DNA of 32,444 nucleotides from a virus (Duplodnaviria; Caudoviricetes): positions 1-32,444 of IMG/VR virus record IMGVR_UViG_3300034521_000394, one strand, 5' to 3'. Below the pieces are notes generated by a model that saw only the letters and a program-made list of their open reading frames with translations, was not told the DNA's origin and searched no databases. This document shows positions 1-9,348 of this stretch, piece after piece. The translations under genes were made by a program, and so were the position numbers. Position 1 is the stretch's first letter. Each line of letters opens with the position of its first letter.

Positions 1-2349
1 TTGAGAAAACTAGCCATTGCCTACGGGAACAGCCGACAGGCAAAGAAGTGGGTCAACAAAGAAATAACATTTGATGAGCTAAAAGATAGATTAAAAACGC
101 CAATTCGAACGACAGAATCAGCTGAAGAATATGCCAAATTCAGCAAGGCTCAAAAGGATGATGCAAAAGATCATGGTGGGTTTGTTGCAGGTGTGTTAAA
201 AGGCGGTCGCAGGAAAATTGATACCGTGGAGCTCCGCTCAATGATTGCCTTAGATGGTGACCGCATTGATACAGAGTTTCTTGAAAACTATGAATCGAAA
301 GCCCATTATACTTCTGTTCTTTACTCAACCCATAGCAGCACCGAGGAAAATCCTAGAGTCCGCATTATATTGCCTTTAACAAGAGACGTGACATCAGAGG
401 AGTTTGTAGCAGTTTCAAGATATCTTGCAAAAATGCTTGGTATTGATTATTTCGATGAATGCTCTTATCTCCCAAACCAGCTGATGTACTGGCCCAGTAC
501 GCCATCCAACGGAAATTTCATCTATAAGGAAGTGGACAAGGACTGGCTTAATCCAGATGATATTTTAACAGCTCATCCCGAATGGACTGATCCTACAAGA
601 CTACCAACTTCATCGAGAGAGAGCAAGGCAAATACAGTATCGCATCAGAAGGTGCAGGACCCTCTTGAAAAGGAGGGTGTTGTCGGGCTTTTCAATAAAG
701 TCTATTTTCCGGTTACAAAAGCAATCGATGCATTTTTACCAGATATCTACGAGCCAACAGAAAATGAGGAGCGTTACCACTTCATAGAATCAAGCAGTAT
801 GGCAGGTGTTGAAATTAAGGAAGGTGGAAAGTTTGTATACAGCCATCATGCCAAGGACCCGGCATACCTTAAATTATGTAATGCCTTTGATATCGTCCGT
901 ATCCACAAGTTTGGTGATGACGATGCGAAAAAATCCTTTAAAAGTATGTGCAATTTTGCCATGAAAATTGATGAGGTGAAAGTCTATGCTACCAATGAAA
1001 AACTTGCAGAAGCTGAAGTGGACTTTACAGATTTTGGCGACAACTGGAAAGAGAAACTGAAGTATCAGCCCCGAAGTCAAGTGCTTGAAAACAGCGTGTA
1101 CAACTTAAATCTTATTCTTAATCATGATCCCGATTTTAAGAACTTTGCATTCAACGAGTTATCAAACCGTATCCAGGTTACCGGACCACTTCCATGGGAA
1201 AGGCCGGAAGGTAACGTGTTTTGGAGAGACGCTGATACGGCCCAGCTTAAGTCCACTATGGATATTCGATACCTTCCGTTTTCGAGTAGAAACCACGATG
1301 TTGCCTTTACCAAGGTTGCTGATGATAGGAGATTCCACCCGATAAGGGATTATCTTGATTCCCTTCCTGCGTGGGATGGAGTAAAGCGAGTGGAGGATGT
1401 TTTCATTAAATATCTTCAGGCTGATGACACAGAGTATATTCGCACAGTGACTAGAAAGACCTTTGCAGCGGCGGTTGCACGGATATATGTTCCTGGAATT
1501 AAGTTTGACTGCGTTCCTGTGCTTGATGGTGATCAGGGTATTGGTAAAAGCACAATTTTGAAAGACCTGGTAACACCAGACTTTTATTCTGAAACTCTAT
1601 CCCTTACCGATATGGACGACAAGTCAGGCGCTGAAAAACTGCAGGGATTTTGGGTGGTTGAAATCGGGGAGCTTGCCGGTATGAAAAAAGCCGACATTGA
1701 AAAAGTGAAAGCATTCCTCTCAACCTCAGATGATAAATACAGACCATCCTATGGAAGAGTTGTGGAAAGCCATCCCAGACAGTGCATTGTCATTGCAACG
1801 GTAAATGGAGAGCGTGGATATTTACGTGACATCACAGGGAACCGCCGCTTCTGGATTATCAAAGTGCATCAGAAAAAGCAGAAGAAAACCTGGAATTTCA
1901 CTGAATCTTACAGGCAGCAGTTTTGGGCGGAAGCAAAAGCAATATGGAACTCAGGTGAAAAGCTATACCTCGAGGGTGATGTTTTAGAAGAAGCCGAAAA
2001 GGCCCAGAAGGGTGCCATGGAGGCTGATGAGCGTGTTGGCATGGTGGAAGAGTACCTGAATACCCTACTTCCAGATGACTGGGATAGTATGGATTTGTTT
2101 ACCCGTAGAAATTACCTAAGCGGTAGCGAATTTGGTGGGGCCAAGCATACAGGTACCGTTACACGAACCTCTGTAAGCAATGCAGAAATTTGGTGTGAGT
2201 GCTTCAATCGTAATCTCCCAGAATTGAAAACCACTGATAGTTATCAGATCGCTGCTCTTATGGCGCAGATTCCCGGATGGGAACGAACCAGCAATATTAA
2301 GCGTTTACCGATTTATGGCAGGCAGCGACTTTACAATTACGGTGAATAG
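1..2349 (+). CDS. Phage primase-helicase, virulence-associated E (VapE)-like
   Basis: 782 aa; primase-like N-terminus (ALDGD, YSTHS, RVRIILP), P-loop GDQGIGKS, Walker B VVEIGE, TGNRRF motif; TTG start at the window edge. Confidence 0.85.
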   Translation: MRKLAIAYGNSRQAKKWVNKEITFDELKDRLKTPIRTTESAEEYAKFSKAQKDDAKDHGGFVAGVLKGGRRKIDTVELRSMIALDGDRIDTEFLENYESKAHYTSVLYSTHSSTEENPRVRIILPLTRDVTSEEFVAVSRYLAKMLGIDYFDECSYLPNQLMYWPSTPSNGNFIYKEVDKDWLNPDDILTAHPEWTDPTRLPTSSRESKANTVSHQKVQDPLEKEGVVGLFNKVYFPVTKAIDAFLPDIYEPTENEERYHFIESSSMAGVEIKEGGKFVYSHHAKDPAYLKLCNAFDIVRIHKFGDDDAKKSFKSMCNFAMKIDEVKVYATNEKLAEAEVDFTDFGDNWKEKLKYQPRSQVLENSVYNLNLILNHDPDFKNFAFNELSNRIQVTGPLPWERPEGNVFWRDADTAQLKSTMDIRYLPFSSRNHDVAFTKVADDRRFHPIRDYLDSLPAWDGVKRVEDVFIKYLQADDTEYIRTVTRKTFAAAVARIYVPGIKFDCVPVLDGDQGIGKSTILKDLVTPDFYSETLSLTDMDDKSGAEKLQGFWVVEIGELAGMKKADIEKVKAFLSTSDDKYRPSYGRVVESHPRQCIVIATVNGERGYLRDITGNRRFWIIKVHQKKQKKTWNFTESYRQQFWAEAKAIWNSGEKLYLEGDVLEEAEKAQKGAMEADERVGMVEEYLNTLLPDDWDSMDLFTRRNYLSGSEFGGAKHTGTVTRTSVSNAEIWCECFNRNLPELKTTDSYQIAALMAQIPGWERTSNIKRLPIYGRQRLYNYGE

Positions 2350-2352
2350 GAA

Positions 2353-2484
2353 ACACAACACAACACAAGTTTTTCCCTTATATTAAAAATGCTTTTTCTT
2401 AAAAGTAGATAGTAAATACCTGTGCACGTACACGCGCGTTAGTAAATATAGGGGAACAGTTGTGATTTTGTGTCACTTGTGTCA
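2353..2484. repeat. Long imperfect inverted repeat with ACACA iterons; candidate replication origin
   Basis: CACAAGTTTTTCCCTTATATT (2364-2384) vs AATATAGGGGAACAGTTGTG (2445-2464); ACACA x3 on the left, TTGTG x3 on the right; directly after the primase-helicase gene. Confidence 0.55.
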
Positions 2485-2499
2485 GATGGGAGGTAAAAA

Positions 2500-2787
2500 A
2501 TGACTGAAAAATATATAGAGCAAAAACTGGTAGCAGCAGTGAAAAAGATGGGAGGTATGGCACCAAAGTTTGTAAGTCCGGGGTTAGATGGTGTGCCAGA
2601 CCGAATTGTACTACTGCCTATGGGAAGAATCGCCTTTGTTGAATTAAAAGCACCAGGCAATAAGATGCGTCCACTGCAAGTAAGGCGAAAAAGACAACTG
2701 GAAGCGTTAGGATTTTTGGTTTACTGCATTGATGGTGTAGAACAGATTGATGAAGTGTTAAAAGAGATGGGAGGTGATGCCAAGTGA
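2500..2787 (+). CDS. VRR-NUC domain nuclease
   Basis: GVPDRI...FVELK PD-(D/E)XK motif, MRPLQ; GGAGG RBS. Confidence 0.9.
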   Translation: MTEKYIEQKLVAAVKKMGGMAPKFVSPGLDGVPDRIVLLPMGRIAFVELKAPGNKMRPLQVRRKRQLEALGFLVYCIDGVEQIDEVLKEMGGDAK

Positions 2788-2879
2788 AGTTCATACCACA
2801 TGAATATCAGCAGTATGCGATTGATTTTATAGGCAGCAAGCCAATAGCTGCAATATTTCTTGATATGGGCTTAGGTTGA
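2784..2879 (+). CDS. SNF2 helicase N-terminal fragment (31 aa, Q-motif to DMGLG)
   Basis: GTG start 7 nt after GGAGGTG; translates MKFIPHEYQQYAIDFIGSKPIAAIFLDMGLG then TGA; not in the ORF track. Confidence 0.75.
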   Translation: MKFIPHEYQQYAIDFIGSKPIAAIFLDMGLG

Positions 2880-4141
2880 GCAAGACAATAATTACACTGT
2901 CCACTATTTATGATCTATGCCTTGATCGATTCGAAATCAGAAAAGTTTTGATTATAGCACCACTAAGAGTAGCATCCCAAACATGGCCAGCAGAAATAAA
3001 TAAGTGGGATCACCTTAAAGGCTTAGCTTACTCAGTGGCAGTTGGAACTGAAAAAGAGAGAAAAGATGCCCTCAAGAAAAGAGCCACACTTTATATCATC
3101 AACCGTGAAAATGTCGACTGGCTTGTAAACAAAAGTGGAATACCTTTTGACTTTGACATGGTTGTGGTTGATGAGTTATCTTCCTTTAAGTCCTTTGGAG
3201 CAAAGCGGTTTAAAAGCCTTCTAAAAGTAAGGCCAACAGTGAAAAGAATCGTAGGTTTGACGGGTACACCTTCAAGTAATGGACTTATGGACCTATGGGC
3301 ACAGTTTCGTATTCTTGATTTAGGACAAAGGCTTGGTAGGTACATAACCCATTACCGAAGTGCCTACTTTGTGCCTGATAAGCGAAATGCAGAAATCATC
3401 TTTTCATATAAACCCCAGCCAGGAGCTGAAGAAAAGATCTATACCCAGATATCGGATATCACAATTTCCATGAAATCTTCAGATTATCTTAAAATGCCAG
3501 AATGCATCATAAACGAAGTGCCTGTTTATCTGAACGAAAAGGAATGGAGCATTTATTCTAAATTCCGAGATGAGATGGTAGCAAGTTTAGGTGAAGAGGA
3601 AATTGATGCAGCAAATGCAGCAGTACTTTCTGGTAAACTCCTGCAGATGGCCAACGGTGCAGTATATGATGAGAATAACAAGGCGCATCCCATTCACGAT
3701 AGAAAACTGGATGCCCTGGAGGACCTTATAGAAGGAGCAAACGGAAAACCGGTACTTGTTGCCTATTGGTACAAGCATGATTTGGAACGTATTCAGGAGA
3801 GATTTTCTGCAAGGCAGATAAAGGCACCTAAAGATATTGAAGATTGGAATAGTGGAAATATTCCTGTAGCAGTTATCCATCCAGCGAGTGCAGGACATGG
3901 ACTTAACCTTCAAAGCGGTGGTTCCACCCTTATATGGTTTGGACTAACTTGGTCCTTGGAGCTCTATCAACAAACCAATGCTCGTCTTTATAGGCAAGGT
4001 CAAAATGAGACGGTTGTAATCCATCACATCATTACCAAAGGCACCATAGATGAAGATGTTATGACAACACTTACAAGAAAAGAAAAATCACAGACATCTT
4101 TGATTGATGCTGTAAAAGCAAAATTGGAGGTGAAGCGATGA
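2876..4141 (+). CDS. SNF2-family (SF2) helicase, main fragment; gene split at Walker A, possibly a pseudogene
   Basis: Starts (L/M)SKT; IIAPLRV, VVDE, LTGTP, GHGLNLQ, QTNARLYRQGQ motifs. Confidence 0.85.
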   Translation: MSKTIITLSTIYDLCLDRFEIRKVLIIAPLRVASQTWPAEINKWDHLKGLAYSVAVGTEKERKDALKKRATLYIINRENVDWLVNKSGIPFDFDMVVVDELSSFKSFGAKRFKSLLKVRPTVKRIVGLTGTPSSNGLMDLWAQFRILDLGQRLGRYITHYRSAYFVPDKRNAEIIFSYKPQPGAEEKIYTQISDITISMKSSDYLKMPECIINEVPVYLNEKEWSIYSKFRDEMVASLGEEEIDAANAAVLSGKLLQMANGAVYDENNKAHPIHDRKLDALEDLIEGANGKPVLVAYWYKHDLERIQERFSARQIKAPKDIEDWNSGNIPVAVIHPASAGHGLNLQSGGSTLIWFGLTWSLELYQQTNARLYRQGQNETVVIHHIITKGTIDEDVMTTLTRKEKSQTSLIDAVKAKLEVKR

Positions 4142-4362
4142 TTGATCCATACGAGCAACTTGCCAATGCCATTGTCTTACAAGCCGTCAAGGACTACAGG
4201 GATGCGCTAAAGAAGCTGATGAAGCGTCCACGCTATGAACCGGCGAAATATACAAAAGCTGAGGTGGAGAGGTTCTTCCACTCTGATTGGTATAGAGAAC
4301 TTACCTCTGTTGATGGAGACTACGTGCTTAAAAAAATACGATCGGAGGTAAGAGAAACATGA
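4138..4362 (+). CDS. Phage hypothetical protein
   Basis: GGAGGTG RBS, ATGA overlaps on both sides. Confidence 0.75.
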   Translation: MIDPYEQLANAIVLQAVKDYRDALKKLMKRPRYEPAKYTKAEVERFFHSDWYRELTSVDGDYVLKKIRSEVRET

Positions 4363-4784
4363 AAGTAAAAGAGTATTTACACCAGGCGTATAGGCTTGAT
4401 AAAAGAATCCAATCTCACATTGAAGAGATGGAGTGTCTAAAAGAAATGGCCACCAGCGTATCATCACCAAGGTGGGATGAGAAGGTCCAGACTTCAAGAA
4501 ATTCTGAGGGCAATTTTGTTAGGTGTTTAGAACGGATCATGGATTTGGAAAGAAGGATAAATGCGGAAATCGATAACCTTGTAGCGCTCAAAGAACAGAT
4601 ACGATGCGTTATTAACCAGGTCGCAGACACGGATGAGCGCATGGTACTTCGTTATCGATACGTCCACAACCTAACCTGGGAACAAATCGGGGATGAACTT
4701 AATGCCGATAGAACAACGGTTTATAGGTGGCATAATGCAGCCATTAATCATGTGACTCTTCCTGAAGACCCCATCAAAGTATAA
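4359..4784 (+). CDS. RinA/ArpU-like late transcriptional activator (C-terminal HTH)
   Basis: ERMVLRYRY...TWEQIGDEL..DRTTVYRWH HTH; last gene before the packaging module. Confidence 0.75.
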   Translation: MKVKEYLHQAYRLDKRIQSHIEEMECLKEMATSVSSPRWDEKVQTSRNSEGNFVRCLERIMDLERRINAEIDNLVALKEQIRCVINQVADTDERMVLRYRYVHNLTWEQIGDELNADRTTVYRWHNAAINHVTLPEDPIKV

Positions 4785-4846
4785 TTCGCACAGCTTGCAA
4801 CACTTTGCAACAAGATACCACTATTGCATTTGTGTTATTGTATAAT
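4785..4846 (+). promoter_or_regulatory. Late promoter with 10-bp-phased direct repeats (putative activator site)
   Basis: TTCGCACA 4785, TTGCAACA 4795, TTGCAACA 4805; TATAAT at 4841-4846. Confidence 0.6.
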
Positions 4847-4867
4847 CAGGAGAATAGAATGAATCAC

Positions 4868-4903
4868 GAGCCTTCATGGGAACACCCCACGAGGGCTTTT
4901 CTT
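4868..4903 (+). terminator. Intrinsic terminator-like hairpin in the late leader
   Basis: GAGCCTTCATGGG / CCCACGAGGGCTT (one mismatch) followed by TTCTT. Confidence 0.6.
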
Positions 4904-4924
4904 ATGCCCAAAGGAGGTGAACCC

Positions 4925-5284
4925 ATGCCATACAAACCTAAGCGTCCTTGTGCTTACCCAGGCTGCGGTCGGCTTGCAGACAGCGAGCAATACTGCGCCG
5001 AGCATAAGAAGGTGGTAACAAAACGCTACAACCAGTACCAACGAGACCCAGCATCCAACAAACGCTACGGCAGGTCCTGGAAACGTATCAGAGACCGCTT
5101 TATCAAAGCCCATCCTCTGTGTGAAGAGTGTGATAAGAACGGACGAATTGTAGCCGCTGAAGAAGTGCACCACATCCTCCCTCTCGCCAAAGGCGGTGGC
5201 AATGAAACCAGTAACCTGATGGCCCTTTGTAAGTCATGTCACTCAAAGATCACTGCCGAAAGTGGCGACCGGTGGGGGAGGTAA
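4925..5284 (+). CDS. Packaging-associated HNH endonuclease (HK97 gp74-like)
   Basis: ATG 4925 after AAGGAGGTG; CEEC...EVHH...N..NLMALCKSCH; adjacent to terS. Confidence 0.9.
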   Translation: MPYKPKRPCAYPGCGRLADSEQYCAEHKKVVTKRYNQYQRDPASNKRYGRSWKRIRDRFIKAHPLCEECDKNGRIVAAEEVHHILPLAKGGGNETSNLMALCKSCHSKITAESGDRWGR

Positions 5285-5365
5285 AATCCCTACGACTAAA
5301 AATTTTGGGTAGCGGGCTGGGGTGTCGTGTTAAAAAACGCAGATTCAAACGGGGGTATAGCCCCT
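5270..5365. other. Candidate cos/packaging region
   Basis: G-rich stretch between HNH and terS with a GGGG-TATAG-CCCC dyad; inferred from position only. Confidence 0.35.
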
Positions 5366-5388
5366 ACTTTGTAAAGGAGGTGTGATCA

Positions 5389-5940
5389 TTGGCAAAAGAC
5401 GGTACGAACAGAGGTGGCGCTCGTGTAGGTGCAGGGGCAAAAAAGAAACCCCTGGCTGACAAAATAGCTGAAGGCAATCTCGGTGGTAGGAAACTGACGG
5501 TGATGGAGTTTTCCGATACTGCAGATCTTGAAGGACAAGAAATGCCTGAACCCAATAAGATGCTTGAAGCCATTCAAAAAGATGGCAAGGCTCTGGTGGC
5601 AGGTGAAGTATACAAAGCCACATGGCAGTGGCTGGATAAACGAGGCTGCGCTGCTCTGGTTTCTCCGCAACTCCTTGAACGGTACGCTATGAGTGTTGCC
5701 AGGTGGATTCAGTGTGAAGAAGCCATTACTGAATATGGTTTTCTTGCAAAACACCCCACCACTGGAAATGCCATTCAAAGTCCTTACGTATCCATGGGCC
5801 AGAACTACATGAACCAGACCAATCGTCTATGGTTTGAGATATTCCAGATCGTAAAAGAAAACTGTACTGGCGATTACAAAGGAGCAAATCCTCAGGATGA
5901 TGTGATGGAAAGACTTCTTTCTGCTCGTAGGGGCAAATAA
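5389..5940 (+). CDS. Terminase small subunit (P27-like)
   Basis: RGGARVGAG N-terminus, LLERYA...W..CEE, AIQSPYV; TTG start after AAAGGAGG. Confidence 0.85.
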   Translation: MAKDGTNRGGARVGAGAKKKPLADKIAEGNLGGRKLTVMEFSDTADLEGQEMPEPNKMLEAIQKDGKALVAGEVYKATWQWLDKRGCAALVSPQLLERYAMSVARWIQCEEAITEYGFLAKHPTTGNAIQSPYVSMGQNYMNQTNRLWFEIFQIVKENCTGDYKGANPQDDVMERLLSARRGK

Positions 5941-5961
5941 AAATAGATGGGAGATAATGAT

Positions 5962-7143
5962 ATGAGTAAAAACTATAGAACTGCAGAGAGTGTCTGCAAG
6001 GGACATCCTGATAAGCTTTCTGATTTAATCGCTGACAGCATTTTGGATGCTTGCCTTCGAAAGGACAAAGCTTCACGTGTGGCCTGTGAGGTCATGGCTA
6101 CTAAAGGTAAAATCATCGTGGCGGGCGAGATCACCTGCAGCGAGAAAATTAACATCCGCCTTATCGTAAAAAATGTACTTCGTGAGGTGGGATACAGTCC
6201 TTGGAAATTTACAGTATTTGTGTTTGTACATCATCAGAGTGTAGATATTGCCTCTGGTGTAGATACAGCACTAGAAGCAAGAAATGGAATTATTGATCCA
6301 TACGGTTCCATCGGTGCTGGTGATCAAGGCACGGTATATGGATATGCTACCAACGAAACCCGTGAACTACTTCCTCTACCTTTACTTCTCTCTCATAGAA
6401 TCGTAAAGCGCATTGATGAATGTCGCAAAGGAAAAATCATCAAGGGCATTTTGCCAGATGGCAAAGCACAAGTGACCGTTGAGTATGATGGAGATAAACC
6501 TATCCGCGTTAAGACTGTTGTGGTTTCCGTGCAGCACCACGAGGACAAAACCCAAAAGCAATTAGAAGCAGATATCTTAAACAACGTGCTCTGGCAATGC
6601 TTCGAGGATTTCCCATTAGATGATGATACCGAAATACTCATCAACCCATCAGGCAGGTTTGTTGAAGGTGGTCCTGCTGCTGATACTGGGCTAACTGGCA
6701 GAAAAATTATGGTTGATACCTATGGTGGTTTGGCTTCCCATGGCGGTGGCGCACTCTGTGGAAAGGACCCAACTAAGGTTGATAGAAGCGGTGCCTATAT
6801 GGCCAGATACATTGCTAAGAATGTCGTTTGGAGCGGGCTTGCTGATAAATGCGAGGTCGCTATTTCTTATGCCATCGGAAAAGCAAATCCAGTAGCAGTA
6901 AATGTGACATCCTTTTGTACAGGGAAAATCAGTGACGAAGATTTAAGTGAACTGGTAAAAGAGATCTTTAACTTGAGACCTGCTGCTATCATTGAAAAGT
7001 TGCGCCTTAGAAATGCAATCTACTCAGATACAGCAACCTACGGTCACTTCAACTCCTCTCTCTTCCCCTGGGAGAATGTGGATTTCAATCTAAACTTAAG
7101 AAAGGTGGCGGAAAGATATGAAGATAGAAAAACTGAAAACTAA
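5962..7143 (+). CDS. metK: S-adenosylmethionine synthetase
   Basis: GHPDK, GAGDQG, DGKAQVT, GGPAADTGLTGRKIMVDTYGG, GKDPTKVDRS; start placed at ATG 5962 from the GGGAG RBS (5947 possible). Confidence 0.95.
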   Translation: MSKNYRTAESVCKGHPDKLSDLIADSILDACLRKDKASRVACEVMATKGKIIVAGEITCSEKINIRLIVKNVLREVGYSPWKFTVFVFVHHQSVDIASGVDTALEARNGIIDPYGSIGAGDQGTVYGYATNETRELLPLPLLLSHRIVKRIDECRKGKIIKGILPDGKAQVTVEYDGDKPIRVKTVVVSVQHHEDKTQKQLEADILNNVLWQCFEDFPLDDDTEILINPSGRFVEGGPAADTGLTGRKIMVDTYGGLASHGGGALCGKDPTKVDRSGAYMARYIAKNVVWSGLADKCEVAISYAIGKANPVAVNVTSFCTGKISDEDLSELVKEIFNLRPAAIIEKLRLRNAIYSDTATYGHFNSSLFPWENVDFNLNLRKVAERYEDRKTEN

Positions 7144-8350
7144 GCTCTTACTTCCCGCTGACTATAATCCGCGTAAGGACTTAAAACCTGGGGATGCGGA
7201 GTACGATAAACTCAAGCGCTCCATTGAGCAGTTTGGATATGTAGAACCGGTCATCTGGAACAAGACCACCAGTAGAGTTGTAGGTGGCCACCAGAGATTG
7301 AAAGTGCTCTTGGATTTAGGAATGACTGAAATTGAGTGTGTGGTCATCGAGATGGATGAAGATAAAGAAAAGGCACTCAACATTGCCCTAAATAAAATCA
7401 GCGGTGACTGGGATAAGGATAAACTGGCCCTACTTATCGCTGATCTGCAGGGTGCTGACTTTGATGTCTCCCTTACAGGCTTTGATCCCTCTGAACTGGA
7501 TGACCTGTTTAAAGATTCACTGAAAGAAGGTATTCACGATGATGAGTTTGATGTGGATGCTGAGCTGGAAAAAACCGCCATGACCAAGCTCGGTGACGTC
7601 TGGAAGCTTGGCCCACATAGACTGGTCTGCGGTGATTCAACTAAGCCAGAAGCCTTTACCCTTCTCATGGATGGAAAGCTGGCAAACCTTGTGGTGACAG
7701 ATCCCCCTTACAATGTAAACTATGAAGGCTCAGCCGGTAAAATCAAAAACGACAACATGGGTGATTCTGCTTTCTATGAATTCTTACTGGCTGCCTTTAC
7801 CAATACAGAAGCAGTGATGACCCAGGACTCCTCTATCTATGTCTTCCATGCAGATACGGAAGGACTGAACTTTAGAAAAGCCTTCTCTGAAGCAGGATTC
7901 TATCTCTCTGGCACCTGTATTTGGAAAAAGCAATCGTTGGTTCTTGGTCGGTCCCCATACCAGTGGCAGCATGAACCGGTGCTATTTGGATGGAAGAAAA
8001 AAGGAAAGCACAACTGGTATGCTGATAGAAAACAAACCACCATCTGGGAATTTGAAAAGCCGAAGAAGAATGGCTCTCATCCAACAATGAAGCCTGTGGC
8101 TCTTGTGGCCCACCCGATTCTTAACTCAAGTCTCAGTAACTGCATTGTCCTTGATCCATTTGGCGGTTCTGGTAGTACGCTTATTGCCTGTGATCAGACC
8201 CAGCGGATCTGTCACACTATTGAGCTTGATGAGAAGTTTTGTGACGTTATTGTTGAACGGTTCATTTCTAACGTTGAATCAGCAGATGACGTTTACCTTA
8301 TTCGTGACGGTAAAGAATACCGCTATAGTGACCTCCCTGAAAACAAATAA
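7118..8350 (+). CDS. ParB-like N-domain plus N6-adenine/N4-cytosine DNA methyltransferase (beta class)
   Basis: YNPR...GGHQR ParB/Srx motif; DPPY motif IV precedes HPTMKP and DPFGGSGST motif I. Confidence 0.92.
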   Translation: MKIEKLKTKLLLPADYNPRKDLKPGDAEYDKLKRSIEQFGYVEPVIWNKTTSRVVGGHQRLKVLLDLGMTEIECVVIEMDEDKEKALNIALNKISGDWDKDKLALLIADLQGADFDVSLTGFDPSELDDLFKDSLKEGIHDDEFDVDAELEKTAMTKLGDVWKLGPHRLVCGDSTKPEAFTLLMDGKLANLVVTDPPYNVNYEGSAGKIKNDNMGDSAFYEFLLAAFTNTEAVMTQDSSIYVFHADTEGLNFRKAFSEAGFYLSGTCIWKKQSLVLGRSPYQWQHEPVLFGWKKKGKHNWYADRKQTTIWEFEKPKKNGSHPTMKPVALVAHPILNSSLSNCIVLDPFGGSGSTLIACDQTQRICHTIELDEKFCDVIVERFISNVESADDVYLIRDGKEYRYSDLPENK

Positions 8351-8369
8351 CACAACTATCGAAAGATAG

Positions 8370-8404
8370 ACTTGCTATTTACATCACTTAGAGTGATATA
8401 TGTA
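8370..8404 (+). promoter_or_regulatory. Repeated promoter-like motif A, copy 1
   Basis: ACTTGCTATT-N8-TTAGAGTGATATATGTA, identical at three intergenic sites. Confidence 0.75.
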
Positions 8405-8432
8405 GTAAGCAAAAAACAAGGAGGTCAATACC

Positions 8433-9116
8433 ATGAAAATCAATTACAACGTATCCGGTAACGAACGAAAAAAGCTGGTGAAGCTCATCAGCGAAATCAC
8501 AGAGGTTCCCTCAAAATACCTGGGGGTTCCATCCTGCGCTTACCAGGTCGGACCTTACCACATCGGAAAAGACGGAGAGCTAACCTTTGACAGCGAAGTG
8601 GGTCAGGACGATATCAAGTCGCTAATGAAAAAGCTTTTAGATGCAGGGTTTGAAGCTGAGATGGATGAACCAGCACCGGCTGAAACGGAACCTGAGGAAA
8701 CTGGACTCATCATCCAGATTCCAAAAGACTCCCTTTCCAATGAAGACCTGGAGAAGCTAGCCAAACTGTTAGAAGCAAAAGGCAACCTAATTATGAAAGC
8801 TTTGAATGTAGATGCCCTTCCCATTGAAGCCGATGAAGAACGCATTAGCTTCCCTTGGTTTTCAAAACTGCCAAACCCAGACGAGATAAAAGCCTACTCC
8901 CAGTTCATTACAAAGCTTTGTGAGATGGCGAAAACCCAAAAGAGAATCACTGTAAAAGAGAAAGAAGTCGACAATGAAAAATACGCATTCCGCTGCTTCC
9001 TTCTCCGCCTCGGATTTATCGGAGAGGAATTCAAAACCCACAGAAAGATTCTTCTTCAGAACCTCTCAGGCAGCAGTGCCTTCAAAGGAGGTGCTCCAAA
9101 TGAAACCGATCAGTAA
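8433..9116 (+). CDS. Conserved prophage protein (often labelled virulence-related; function unknown)
   Basis: C-terminal NEKYAFRCFLLRLGFIG...RKILLQNLSGSSAFK; AAGGAGG RBS. Confidence 0.7.
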   Translation: MKINYNVSGNERKKLVKLISEITEVPSKYLGVPSCAYQVGPYHIGKDGELTFDSEVGQDDIKSLMKKLLDAGFEAEMDEPAPAETEPEETGLIIQIPKDSLSNEDLEKLAKLLEAKGNLIMKALNVDALPIEADEERISFPWFSKLPNPDEIKAYSQFITKLCEMAKTQKRITVKEKEVDNEKYAFRCFLLRLGFIGEEFKTHRKILLQNLSGSSAFKGGAPNETDQ

Positions 9117-9348
9117 AGAAAGACTGGCCCACCTACGCAAGCAGTACCCTGCTGGCGCCAGGGTTCATCTCCTTTGGATGGATGATGTGCAAGCACCATC
9201 AGCGGGCACAAAAGGCACCGTGTGGGGCGTGGATGACACAGGCTCCATCATGGTTCAGTGGGACAACGGCAGCAGCTTGAATGTGGTTTACGGCATTGAT
9301 TCCTGCAAGGTAATCGATGAAAAATCCAGGGAGGAGGCATCCCAATGA
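9100..9348 (+). CDS. DUF4314-like protein
   Basis: ATG 9100 after AAAGGAGGTG; GTKGTV.GVDD.GSIMVQWDNGSSL motif. Confidence 0.75.
   Translation: MKPISKERLAHLRKQYPAGARVHLLWMDDVQAPSAGTKGTVWGVDDTGSIMVQWDNGSSLNVVYGIDSCKVIDEKSREEASQ

Noticed and set aside
2874-2882. Group I/II intron in the helicase gene
   Set aside because: Only 5 extra nt, leaving no room for a ribozyme
4805-4924. N-terminal extension of the HNH ORF given in the track
   Set aside because: Spans the promoter and terminator; the strong RBS points to ATG 4925
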